Assembly (NCBI GenBank): GCA_017433615.1
Contig: JAFRGW010000150.1
Location: forward strand, 17,771 to 81,770
DNA length: 64,000 bases
Direction of reading: 5' to 3'
Origin: Eubacterium sp.
GTDB lineage: Bacteria > Bacillota > Clostridia > Lachnospirales > Lachnospiraceae
The notes beneath the pieces are model-generated. The model saw only the letters and a list, made by a program, of their open reading frames with translations. It did no database searches and was not told the DNA's origin. Position numbers and translations under genes: made by a program. This document shows positions 1 to 8,032 of the stretch, in pieces (position 1 is the stretch's first letter; each line of letters begins with the position of its first letter).

Positions 1-1
1 T

Positions 2-238
2 CGCCAGATCAAAGGAAACGTCCGCATTATGCAGGAAATAATCTGCAAAAAACTCCTTGATGACATACTGCTTATAGCCGGCCATAATAATAAACTCATT
101 AAACCCGAACGACGAATAATACTTCATGATATGCCAGAGTATGGGCATCGATCCAATCTCGATCATCGGCTTCGGCCGGAACTGTGACTCTTCTGCAATA
201 CGCGTACCAAGCCCGCCGGCGAGGATTAAGACTTTCAT
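2..238 (-). CDS. rfbF: Glucose-1-phosphate cytidylyltransferase (5' part; gene continues beyond left edge)
   Basis: Not in the ORF track. Hand translation from ATG at 238 gives [78 protein letters not shown], the classic RfbF/DdhA N-terminus; AAAGGA RBS upstream. Confidence 0.92.
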   Translation of the reverse strand, partial: MKVLILAGGLGTRIAEESQFRPKPMIEIGSMPILWHIMKYYSSFGFNEFIIMAGYKQYVIKEFFADYFLHNADVSFDLA

Positions 239-309
239 GCTGTGTTATCCTTTCTTTCGCATCAGTATACAGGAAATAAATAGCTGTTACAAGCCGCCGC
301 TGTGCCGTT

Positions 310-1827
310 TTATCTTTGGGATAGTTCTTTGTAAAGCACTTTCCCCGATTCGCTTCTGGGAATCGCGCTGATCGGAATCACCCGGATCGCGCGCTGATTA
401 ATGTGTGTCCGGCTGATCAGAAAGCGCTCCACATCCCCGCAAAAATGCGGATCTGTGATGAAGACCTTCAGCACATCATCGTCGCCGCTGCACGCACAGT
501 CAATATCAGGGAACTCCGGCCGGATCATACGCTCAACCTCATCTAGATTGACACGGCTTCCAAACAGCTTCAGGAACCTCTTTTTCCGACCGACAATAAA
601 ATAATAGCCGTCTGCATCGAACTGCGCCATATCCCCTGTTTCCAGTCTGCCGTGCCGCTCGTCCCCCTTTGCGAGATCCTCCCGGCACTCTGCATACCCG
701 AGTGTGACATTGGCACCTTCATAAATCAGTTCTCCTGTTTGCTCCGGTGCCGTTATCTCGTTTCCATTCACATCGATCAGCGCAAACCTTCCGCCAGGAA
801 TCGGGATTCCCATACTGCCGACCTTTTCCAGTGCCTTGTCGGCCGGAAGGTACCCCATCCGGGCAGTCGCCTCCGTCTGCCCGTACATGACCACAAACTT
901 CTTGCCGTTTGCAGCTGCGTATTCTGCAAACTCCCGGTGCAGCTCCGGCAGCAGCTTCCCGCCGGCCTGCGTCATCGTATGCAGATCCGGAAGCTCCATC
1001 CGGAAAAATCTTGCGCGTTTCAGCATCTCATAAGTATAGGGAACACCGGCAATCGACGTCGCCCTGTTTTTCTTCATAAAATCCCAGAATGCTCTGGTAA
1101 TAATCGAGTGCTCTGTCACCAGCACACAGGCACCTGCATGCACATGCGAATTGATCACCGAAAGCCCGTATGTGTAATACATCGGCAGCGTTGTGACAGG
1201 ACGTTCTTCTCCGTCGATTTCCAGATAAGAAACGATCGAATCCGTATTTGCCTGGATATTAGCATAGCTCTGGCGCACCAGCTTCGGACTGCCTGTCGAA
1301 CCGGATGTCGTCAGCAGCAGACCAAGCGCATCATCCATTGGAACCGATTCCGCATATCCTGTTTTTATAAGCATATATCCCCGGCTGCCGGCACTGCTCC
1401 CGCGAACCGTTCCCGCATCATCCGTCGATTTGCATGCTCCTGCGTCTGCTCCGCCGGGCATGCTCTCCTCCTGTATTCTGGGTAAAGCCTGCCGGAACGC
1501 CTCTGATTCTGCAAGCTGCTCCGGCACGTAAAGCCAGCCAGGCTGATAAAGTCTGATCAAATCTCCCAACAACTGCAGATTGATCGCAGCATCCAGAAGA
1601 AGCGGAACAATCCTGTTATGCAGACAGGCCAGATACCCTGCCGCTGAGCCGATCGTGTTTTCACACAGGCAAAACACCAGCGTCCGCGCAGGAATCACCG
1701 AATGCATCCAGGCAGCATATTCATCGATCTGTGCGTAGGTCATGGCGCTGCCGTCATCCTGCAGAAAGGCTGTCCGTGAGCCATATTGATCAAATCTGTC
1801 AAAAAAGTAATTCTGATTATTATTCAT
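310..1827 (-). CDS. AMP-binding adenylation enzyme (acyl-CoA/acyl-carrier ligase, ANL superfamily)
   Basis: P-loop LTTSGSTGSPK, MYGQTEAT, TGD, GRKKR and terminal lysine in SESGK. Start placed at ATG 1827 (MNNNQ), which overlaps the upstream stop as ATGA. Confidence 0.88.
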   Translation of the reverse strand: MNNNQNYFFDRFDQYGSRTAFLQDDGSAMTYAQIDEYAAWMHSVIPARTLVFCLCENTIGSAAGYLACLHNRIVPLLLDAAINLQLLGDLIRLYQPGWLYVPEQLAESEAFRQALPRIQEESMPGGADAGACKSTDDAGTVRGSSAGSRGYMLIKTGYAESVPMDDALGLLLTTSGSTGSPKLVRQSYANIQANTDSIVSYLEIDGEERPVTTLPMYYTYGLSVINSHVHAGACVLVTEHSIITRAFWDFMKKNRATSIAGVPYTYEMLKRARFFRMELPDLHTMTQAGGKLLPELHREFAEYAAANGKKFVVMYGQTEATARMGYLPADKALEKVGSMGIPIPGGRFALIDVNGNEITAPEQTGELIYEGANVTLGYAECREDLAKGDERHGRLETGDMAQFDADGYYFIVGRKKRFLKLFGSRVNLDEVERMIRPEFPDIDCACSGDDDVLKVFITDPHFCGDVERFLISRTHINQRAIRVIPISAIPRSESGKVLYKELSQR

Positions 1828-2726
1828 CCATCCACCCTGATTACTGTAAAATGCTCTGTTTTGCCCAGTACAGAACCGCATGCTTCAAACCACTGCGCAG
1901 CATATTTGTCCGACTGTATTACTACATACTGATAACCTGCAGACGCCAGTGCCTCCGCGATGAGATCCGTGTCAAAGCTGATGTCATGGTCCGGTTCCTG
2001 GCTATTCACCAGATAGTTCAGCATGTTTTTATATTTCCCTTTTTCATACATCTTGTTGAGGCGCCGGCTCCGCAGCTTTTTATTGCGGTATCGATTCTGC
2101 TGCTTCAGGGATAATTCACTGCATATTGACGCATCATACGTCCGGATATCCATGAAAACCTCATAGCCGTAAAGCGTCCTGGCCATCTCCCCGGGATCTT
2201 TTTTATCCGCCTCTATTATCTCACAGATCTGAAGTGTATCCTGTTCGATTTTATAGACATTATCGATCTTTACCATCCCGGGATTCTGTGAAACGCCTGT
2301 ATAAAGACGCGAGGTTACAGCCATAACCGTTCTGGCGCCATACAATAGAACCACAGCCGATAAAACATATGCCGCAACTGTTGCTGCCTTTTTGTTTTTG
2401 ATCAGCCCTGCTGCCTTCACCAGAAAACATCCATATACTGCCCCGACAGGCAGCAGCCAGAGAAACCGGAAATAGCGGCTGGAGAGATCCAGGTATTTCG
2501 ACAGATAGTAGACACTGAACGGGTTCAGCATGACGGCCATAAGAAATAAAGGCATCACTCCGAAATATTTCCGTTCCTTCCCTTTTCCAAATATCAGGAA
2601 CAAAACCACCAGGATCAAAAAGCCATAGACAACCCGGGTACAGACTGCTCCCATATCCTGGCGGATAATCCGCAGAAATAATCTGTAAAACTCTATAAAC
2701 CCTGTTTTGTTTGCATCAATCTGCAT
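1824..2726 (-). CDS. Membrane protein with about 4 N-terminal TM helices and a soluble C-terminal domain (unknown function)
   Basis: 300 aa ORF with hydrophobic segments and RYFRFLWLLP motif; translationally coupled to the downstream gene. Confidence 0.7.
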   Translation of the reverse strand: MQIDANKTGFIEFYRLFLRIIRQDMGAVCTRVVYGFLILVVLFLIFGKGKERKYFGVMPLFLMAVMLNPFSVYYLSKYLDLSSRYFRFLWLLPVGAVYGCFLVKAAGLIKNKKAATVAAYVLSAVVLLYGARTVMAVTSRLYTGVSQNPGMVKIDNVYKIEQDTLQICEIIEADKKDPGEMARTLYGYEVFMDIRTYDASICSELSLKQQNRYRNKKLRSRRLNKMYEKGKYKNMLNYLVNSQEPDHDISFDTDLIAEALASAGYQYVVIQSDKYAAQWFEACGSVLGKTEHFTVIRVDG

Positions 2727-2733
2727 TCTTCAT

Positions 2734-3801
2734 TCACCTTATCGTCAAATTGATCAGCCCCATCTTGACACCTGCATAAAATGCCGCATAAACAATACAC
2801 GGGAGGACCAGAACCATTGCATTCAAAATCATACGTTTCAGGTGTTTTCCTGAAGCAATCGCAGGCACCAGCCCCAGACATGCAACCGGGATCAGAAACA
2901 GTGCTGTTCCGGTAAAATGAAAAGAGCCCGCAATACAGATCACACCGAACACCAGCGCATTTCTGTCACAGGGGTCTTTGTAAAGACGCCAGAAAATATA
3001 AAACATCACAGGAAGTATCACTGCCGATATTACGGTTTTCCCTTCGTAATTGCGAAAATACGTATAAAAGCTGCTGAAGAGATAGGAACCCGTGGTACAT
3101 GCTACAGCCGCCTGATATCCCGCAAAAAACAGCCATCTTTTTGCCCGCTCTTCAAATAAAGAACGCGCGAGCACGGCCACGATAATATTCCCCATTACCA
3201 GAAAAAGTGCCGGAACAACCCAGCGGATTTCGATCAGCGGGTGAACATGGAAGAGTTTTGCAATCACGGCACTGTGATCCATATATGTCTCTGTAAACAT
3301 TTTCGTCGCGAATGCTTTGAGCGGCCGTCCGGTAACCGGATGCGTCGTTCCGAGTTCATCTGTAAAAACAGCTGTTGTAACATAGGCCACATAATTGGAC
3401 GGGTTGTTGCTGGAACTCCATCTCCCGTATAATTCATCAAAGCCCACCTGAAACAGATTAAATCCCAGAAACAGTACGGTATTCAATCTGTTATTCCTGC
3501 AGAAATCGCAGGCTTCACACAGCAGATTCTTCGCTTCTCTTCGCAGCAATATCAGAATCACTGTTACACTTCCGATCCATACAGCCATCCAGCACCTGCT
3601 GATCAGATGCAGCGGCATTCGGAAATACTTTGGTCCTGGCACAAAAACAAGAAAGGCCAATGAATAGAGAAACATTCCTGCCGTCAGGACGTAACCCGGA
3701 CCGGTCTCTTCTTTTCCCGTTATTTTCCGAAACAATAATCCATACGCAAAGTATGTGAGTAAATATGCACAAAAAATGCATGCTGCAATGAATACAAGCA
3801 T
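2734..3801 (-). CDS. Polytopic membrane protein (DUF6077-like; possible GT-C fold)
   Basis: 355 aa with many TM segments, an extracellular loop after TM3-4 and a YFRNYEGK motif; GGGAGAG RBS; promoter upstream. Confidence 0.6.
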   Translation of the reverse strand: MLVFIAACIFCAYLLTYFAYGLLFRKITGKEETGPGYVLTAGMFLYSLAFLVFVPGPKYFRMPLHLISRCWMAVWIGSVTVILILLRREAKNLLCEACDFCRNNRLNTVLFLGFNLFQVGFDELYGRWSSSNNPSNYVAYVTTAVFTDELGTTHPVTGRPLKAFATKMFTETYMDHSAVIAKLFHVHPLIEIRWVVPALFLVMGNIIVAVLARSLFEERAKRWLFFAGYQAAVACTTGSYLFSSFYTYFRNYEGKTVISAVILPVMFYIFWRLYKDPCDRNALVFGVICIAGSFHFTGTALFLIPVACLGLVPAIASGKHLKRMILNAMVLVLPCIVYAAFYAGVKMGLINLTIR

Positions 3802-3864
3802 GTTGCTGTCTCTCCCGGCATTCCCTCTTTAATCGTATCTTTTTCCGTTTGACATTCCTGTTTT

Positions 3865-3893
3865 ATCATACCTTAGATCATGGCTGAATTCAA
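3865..3893 (-). promoter_or_regulatory. Sigma-A-type promoter TTGAAT-N17-TATGAT
   Basis: Read on the minus strand about 65 nt upstream of the 3801 start; exact 17-nt spacer. Confidence 0.6.
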
Positions 3894-3984
3894 TGAATTC
3901 TGTGATTCCATGCTTTTAGAACCGGTCTGGCTTTTTCGCAGCAGCCCTTCCCGCCAGAAGCCTTTTTCTGCAGTGCAAACAGGA

Positions 3985-4013
3985 TTGACGCATCAACGGA
4001 CAGCGATTATAAT
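3985..4013 (+). promoter_or_regulatory. Sigma-A-type promoter TTGACG-N17-TATAAT
   Basis: Near-consensus -35/-10 with 17-nt spacer, divergent from the 3865-3893 promoter. Confidence 0.75.
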
Positions 4014-4106
4014 TCAACTCAGATGGGATTCTCCCGCCCCGGCAGGCGGTGGGTATTTTATCAAACCTGGCGCAGTATCACCATGTTAAAATCAGGAAAG
4101 CAAAAC

Positions 4107-4961
4107 ATGAAAAAAATTATCCGACTCATTATTTGTACGATCCTTCTTGGAACGCTTCTGATCTCCGAGCCTGCAGCGGCGGCCACAGCCACCGGAAAAA
4201 CGCTGACGGAAATCTACCGGCTGAATGCCAGATATCAGAATGCAGAGCCCGGCGGCATTGCACTTGCCGGCAGTTCTACACTTGCCAAATGGACAACTGC
4301 AGCGGCTGATATTTCTTCCTTCGGTACTTTCAAAGCCGAGACTGTATATAACTTCGGGATTTCCGCCGCCAAATTTCAGTCTCTGCTGGATCAGCGCTAC
4401 ATTAACGGCATCGCCTCTAAAAAACCGAAAGTCGTAATTGTGTACGGCGCAAACAGTCTGACTGTCAGCCGCAGAAAGACATCCAGAAACCGGCTCGTCG
4501 TTAATCAGGCGACAAACGCCGCAATCAAATTTATCGAAAAACTCCGGTACGCGATTCGCCGGTACGGTGGTTCCGGCACAAAGTTTTATTATGTGTCAAC
4601 CGTCAAGACGCCGGATCATTACAGAACCTGTAAATCAAAAACGGTTTCCTGCAACATCTGGGACCGCATCGATCTTTACAATAAGCGCATGAAGAAATAT
4701 GCCGCTTCCGTTTCCTACTGTGACTATATCAATATCGAACCGTATTACTACAGCAGCACAGCAACCAGGAACGGCAAAAAGAAACTCCGCTACTATCTGG
4801 ATAAAGGAGATCTGCAGGATATTGCGCACACTGCATCTGCAAAAGCATTGATCAGGAAAACCTCTGTTTCTCCGCTCTTTGCCCCGGATCTGAATCATCC
4901 AAGCGAGCAGGCCTATCAGTTGATCTGGAAAAACATTGCAAAACAGGCATCCGCGCTCTGA
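4107..4961 (+). CDS. Secreted SGNH/GDSL hydrolase-family protein
   Basis: Signal peptide MKKIIRLIICTILLG...AAA; SGNH-like blocks LAGSS, NFGISA, YGAN and DLNH. Start at 4107 follows an AGGAAAG RBS. Confidence 0.75.
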   Translation: MKKIIRLIICTILLGTLLISEPAAAATATGKTLTEIYRLNARYQNAEPGGIALAGSSTLAKWTTAAADISSFGTFKAETVYNFGISAAKFQSLLDQRYINGIASKKPKVVIVYGANSLTVSRRKTSRNRLVVNQATNAAIKFIEKLRYAIRRYGGSGTKFYYVSTVKTPDHYRTCKSKTVSCNIWDRIDLYNKRMKKYAASVSYCDYINIEPYYYSSTATRNGKKKLRYYLDKGDLQDIAHTASAKALIRKTSVSPLFAPDLNHPSEQAYQLIWKNIAKQASAL

Positions 4962-4998
4962 AGCGGCACAGCCGTTTTATCGTACAGAAAAAACACAA

Positions 4999-5039
4999 AA
5001 AAAATGCGGAACTCTCTTATAGAGAACTCCGCATTTTTT
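4999..5039. terminator. Bidirectional intrinsic terminator
   Basis: AAAAAATGCGGAACTCTCT-TAT-AGAGAACTCCGCATTTTTT: imperfect inverted repeat with A/T tails on both sides, between convergent genes. Confidence 0.7.
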
Positions 5040-6018
5040 CTTTTCTCGCCGGCGGTATGATGATTTTGTTGATAACCGCAAACGGTTTCAAAGATAAGAG
5101 AATTGTTGTGAAGATTGCAGCACCTGCCAGCACCAGCGTACAATGTCCCGACTGTATGGCAAGATCTTTTCCATGCAGGCCCCTGAAAAAGACCGTGAGC
5201 GGAATATAATGCAGAACATATACAACCAGCGTTCTGCTCCCCCATTCTGAAAAGATACATTTTCGATCAGGCATCAGGGCGATCCACGCCAGAATCAGAA
5301 GCCCTGCTCCAATATACCAGCAAAGCCGCAGCAGCGCCCCCTGCTGGCTGAGATGTTCAAACTCCGCATATGGGAACCTGCCCCGCAGCACTGCAAGCAG
5401 CCACCAGATCTTATCGATCTTCATAAAAACAATTCCTGCCGCAGCACCGATTATGACAATCGACCCGATCCGCACCGGCAGCCTTTTCGTAAATGAAATC
5501 AGCCGTTCCGGGTCAATGTAGTAACCGCAGAGAAAAATCGGATAATAATTAATCAGACGCGCCGCGGAAAGCCAGGAACCAATCGAGGCGTCATAACCGG
5601 AGAGCAGCGCAAGCAGCACTGCCATGCCAATCACCCAGGCAGGCCTGAACCGCTCCAGAAAAACAGTAAGCAGACAATAGATGAATAAAACAAATGCATA
5701 CCAGGAGATATCCCCCATATCCAGCAGATTCAATTCAAATTTTTTCGAACCGATGATCTTTATCAGAAAAAGAATTACTTTGATCCAGAAAAACGCTGAC
5801 AGATACCCAAGCATTCTGTCGTAACGCCGCATTGCAATTGTCGTCTTTGACATCATGCCTGACAGAAAGATAAACGCGGGCATATGAAACAAATAGATAA
5901 ACAGCATCACACGTCTGGCATTTGGCTGATCGCTCATACGCATCATGAAGTGTCCCGTTACAACACACAGGATCAGAAAGAATTTCAGATTATCCCATTT
6001 GGCTGTTCTCTGTTTCAT
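5017..6018 (-). CDS. Acyltransferase family 3 (AT3/OafA-like) O-acyltransferase
   Basis: WDNLKFFLILCVVTGH, FHMPAFIFLSG and GSRTLVVYVLH motifs; about 10 TM helices. Confidence 0.88.
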   Translation of the reverse strand: MKQRTAKWDNLKFFLILCVVTGHFMMRMSDQPNARRVMLFIYLFHMPAFIFLSGMMSKTTIAMRRYDRMLGYLSAFFWIKVILFLIKIIGSKKFELNLLDMGDISWYAFVLFIYCLLTVFLERFRPAWVIGMAVLLALLSGYDASIGSWLSAARLINYYPIFLCGYYIDPERLISFTKRLPVRIGSIVIIGAAAGIVFMKIDKIWWLLAVLRGRFPYAEFEHLSQQGALLRLCWYIGAGLLILAWIALMPDRKCIFSEWGSRTLVVYVLHYIPLTVFFRGLHGKDLAIQSGHCTLVLAGAAIFTTILLSLKPFAVINKIIIPPARKEKMRSSL

Positions 6019-6027
6019 CAGTTCCCC

Positions 6028-7617
6028 TTAATACTGCATATATACAAACGAAGCCGCATCATACCCGGGACCGTAGATCCCGAAGATCAGAATCAATAAG
6101 ATCCCCAGCATACAGATCCCCCAGCGAAAGATAAGGTTCTGCTCTGCCAGCTTCTCACGAATCTGCATCTGCATCTGCATTCTGCTGACGACACCAAATA
6201 TCATAATCGCAACAACAGCCGCACAGAAGTTTTTTCCGTCCAGGCCATAGCGAAACAGCGATCCGTCGACCAGCGTCCATGGCTGAAAATGCAGCAGCAT
6301 CTGTTTTAGAAACGCCCAGCTCTTACGGAGTGAATCCGGTCTTGTCAGGAGCCTTCCGCCTGCAAAAATCATCGTCGTCCGGATCATCTGGAATGCATGC
6401 CAGCTCCATGCATCTGTATTAATCTGCAGACGCAGTGCCAGTTCGTGCAGTGCATCTCCGAAGACGACCGATATAAAGATCCAGCATGCATAATAAACTC
6501 CCCACGCCAGATATGGTTTGCCGGTACCATGCCACAATCCTGTAAGAATCCAGGTGACAAATACCGGAAGAACCGTCACCAGACCGCGGGTCAGGCCCCT
6601 TGGCAGATTCTTCTTCGTGCAGAACCGGCTTATCTTCTTCACCCGTCCCGAGGTAGATAACGGCATATATACATAGTCACGGAACCATCCGCCCAGTGAC
6701 ATGTGCCATCTGCGCCAGAATTCAACAATGGACCGGGATGCAAATGGATGATCAAAGTTCAGATCCATCTCGATCCCCATGATCTGTGATGCACCGCGCG
6801 CGATATCCATACATCCGGAAAAATCCGCATAGATAAATACAACGTCGAACAGCATGGCTGTCAGATAAACTGCACCTGCAGCCGGCGTCTTCTCACCGTA
6901 TACAGCACTGATGAACAGATTCAGCCTGTCCGCAATCACAAGCTTTTTAAAAAAGCCCCAGATCATCAGCTGTATCCCTTTACAGGCTCTTGCATAGTCG
7001 AACGAAACCGTTTCTTTCAGCCGCTGCCCCAGCCGGCCATACCGCTCAATCGGTCCCTGCAGAATATGTAAAAAATAAATTTCATACAGCAGAAAACGGG
7101 CGTAGTTCTTTTCACAGTCAACGCGCTGCCAGTATACGTCCAGAACATATCCGACCGCCGAAAAAGTATAATAAGATATTCCGAGCGGCATAATCAGCGA
7201 AGTAGCTGAAAAACTGCCCGGAAAGCCTGCGCGGGTAAGAATTGCACTGACAGGTCCGGAAACAAAACGGGCATATTTGAACACACAAAGAATACCGATA
7301 TTTAAAAGCACCAGAGCAGTTATGACCTTCCTGCACTTCGCTCTGGACGCCGCTTTCACTGCCTTCTTCTCTTTTCTGTCTGCAATGCCCGCCTGTTCTT
7401 CTGCACACTTCTCATAGTATCTTCCCATCTGCAGCGCACCCGCCCAGACAGACAGCGATGTGATCCCGATCCAGATGAATCCCCGGATCCCTGAAAACCC
7501 GTAAAAAACGAGGCTCATAATCAGCAGAACAACCCAGCGCTTCTGTGCCGGCACAAGATAATACAGGCCGATGGTGAGCAGAAGAAACAGAAGAAATCCC
7601 GTTTCAATATATGTCAT
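6028..7617 (-). CDS. MBOAT O-acyltransferase (DltB/AlgI-like)
   Basis: PLGISYYTF, QGPIERY, GFFKKLVIAD, YADFSG, FWRRWHMSL and catalytic LWHG; ends in FVYMQY. Confidence 0.93.
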   Translation of the reverse strand: MTYIETGFLLFLLLTIGLYYLVPAQKRWVVLLIMSLVFYGFSGIRGFIWIGITSLSVWAGALQMGRYYEKCAEEQAGIADRKEKKAVKAASRAKCRKVITALVLLNIGILCVFKYARFVSGPVSAILTRAGFPGSFSATSLIMPLGISYYTFSAVGYVLDVYWQRVDCEKNYARFLLYEIYFLHILQGPIERYGRLGQRLKETVSFDYARACKGIQLMIWGFFKKLVIADRLNLFISAVYGEKTPAAGAVYLTAMLFDVVFIYADFSGCMDIARGASQIMGIEMDLNFDHPFASRSIVEFWRRWHMSLGGWFRDYVYMPLSTSGRVKKISRFCTKKNLPRGLTRGLVTVLPVFVTWILTGLWHGTGKPYLAWGVYYACWIFISVVFGDALHELALRLQINTDAWSWHAFQMIRTTMIFAGGRLLTRPDSLRKSWAFLKQMLLHFQPWTLVDGSLFRYGLDGKNFCAAVVAIMIFGVVSRMQMQMQIREKLAEQNLIFRWGICMLGILLILIFGIYGPGYDAASFVYMQY

Positions 7618-7627
7618 CTGTCCGTGA

Positions 7628-7852
7628 TTACTCCATCAGTTCCTGAATCATATTCCACATTGCCTCTGCAGAATCAAGATTCTCAGGTGTCACATATTCC
7701 ATATCAATTTCAATCTCGAAGGTCTCCTCAAGCTCCGCCAGAAGGGATGTAATATCAATCGAATCCAGCAGCTTGTCCGTAACCAGTTTCCTGCTGTTCT
7801 CGAAATCGACATCCGGATTAATGCGATGAAGGATTTCCATTAACTGTTCCAT
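7628..7852 (-). CDS. Acyl/aminoacyl carrier protein (DltC-like)
   Basis: 74 aa acidic protein with LLDSIDI phosphopantetheine serine motif and TPENLDS; GAGGAG RBS; directly upstream of the MBOAT. Confidence 0.9.
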   Translation of the reverse strand: MEQLMEILHRINPDVDFENSRKLVTDKLLDSIDITSLLAELEETFEIEIDMEYVTPENLDSAEAMWNMIQELME

Positions 7853-7915
7853 ATATTTTCTCTCCTCTTTTCATCTCTTGACCGGCTTCGATGTACCGGA
7901 TCCTGTGCTTCCACA

Positions 7916-7944
7916 ATCTTATCAGACATTTCCCTGCTTTTCAA
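7916..7944 (-). promoter_or_regulatory. Promoter TTGAAA-N17-TAAGAT with extended TG, for the ACP-MBOAT-AT3 operon
   Basis: Read on the minus strand with a 17-nt spacer and TGn before the -10. Confidence 0.55.
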
Positions 7945-7954
7945 TGCTGTGTGC

Positions 7955-7984
7955 TTGACGAATCCCTTCCCGATTCGTTACACT
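7955..7984 (+). promoter_or_regulatory. Promoter TTGACG-N18-TACACT for the divergent SGNH gene
   Basis: Near-consensus hexamers about 50 nt upstream of ATG 8033. Confidence 0.45.
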
Positions 7985-8032
7985 GATAAGCGTACCCCGC
8001 ATATTCCTTTTGGAAAAGGAAAGTATTCAGCC

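Noticed and set aside
6161-6180. (ATCTGC)3 microsatellite in the MBOAT gene
   Set aside because: Only three in-frame units (MQMQMQ); too short to suggest phase variation.
310-7852. NRPS/PKS secondary-metabolite cluster
   Set aside because: Stand-alone adenylation enzyme and carrier protein without condensation, KS or TE domains; MBOAT/SGNH context points to envelope acylation.
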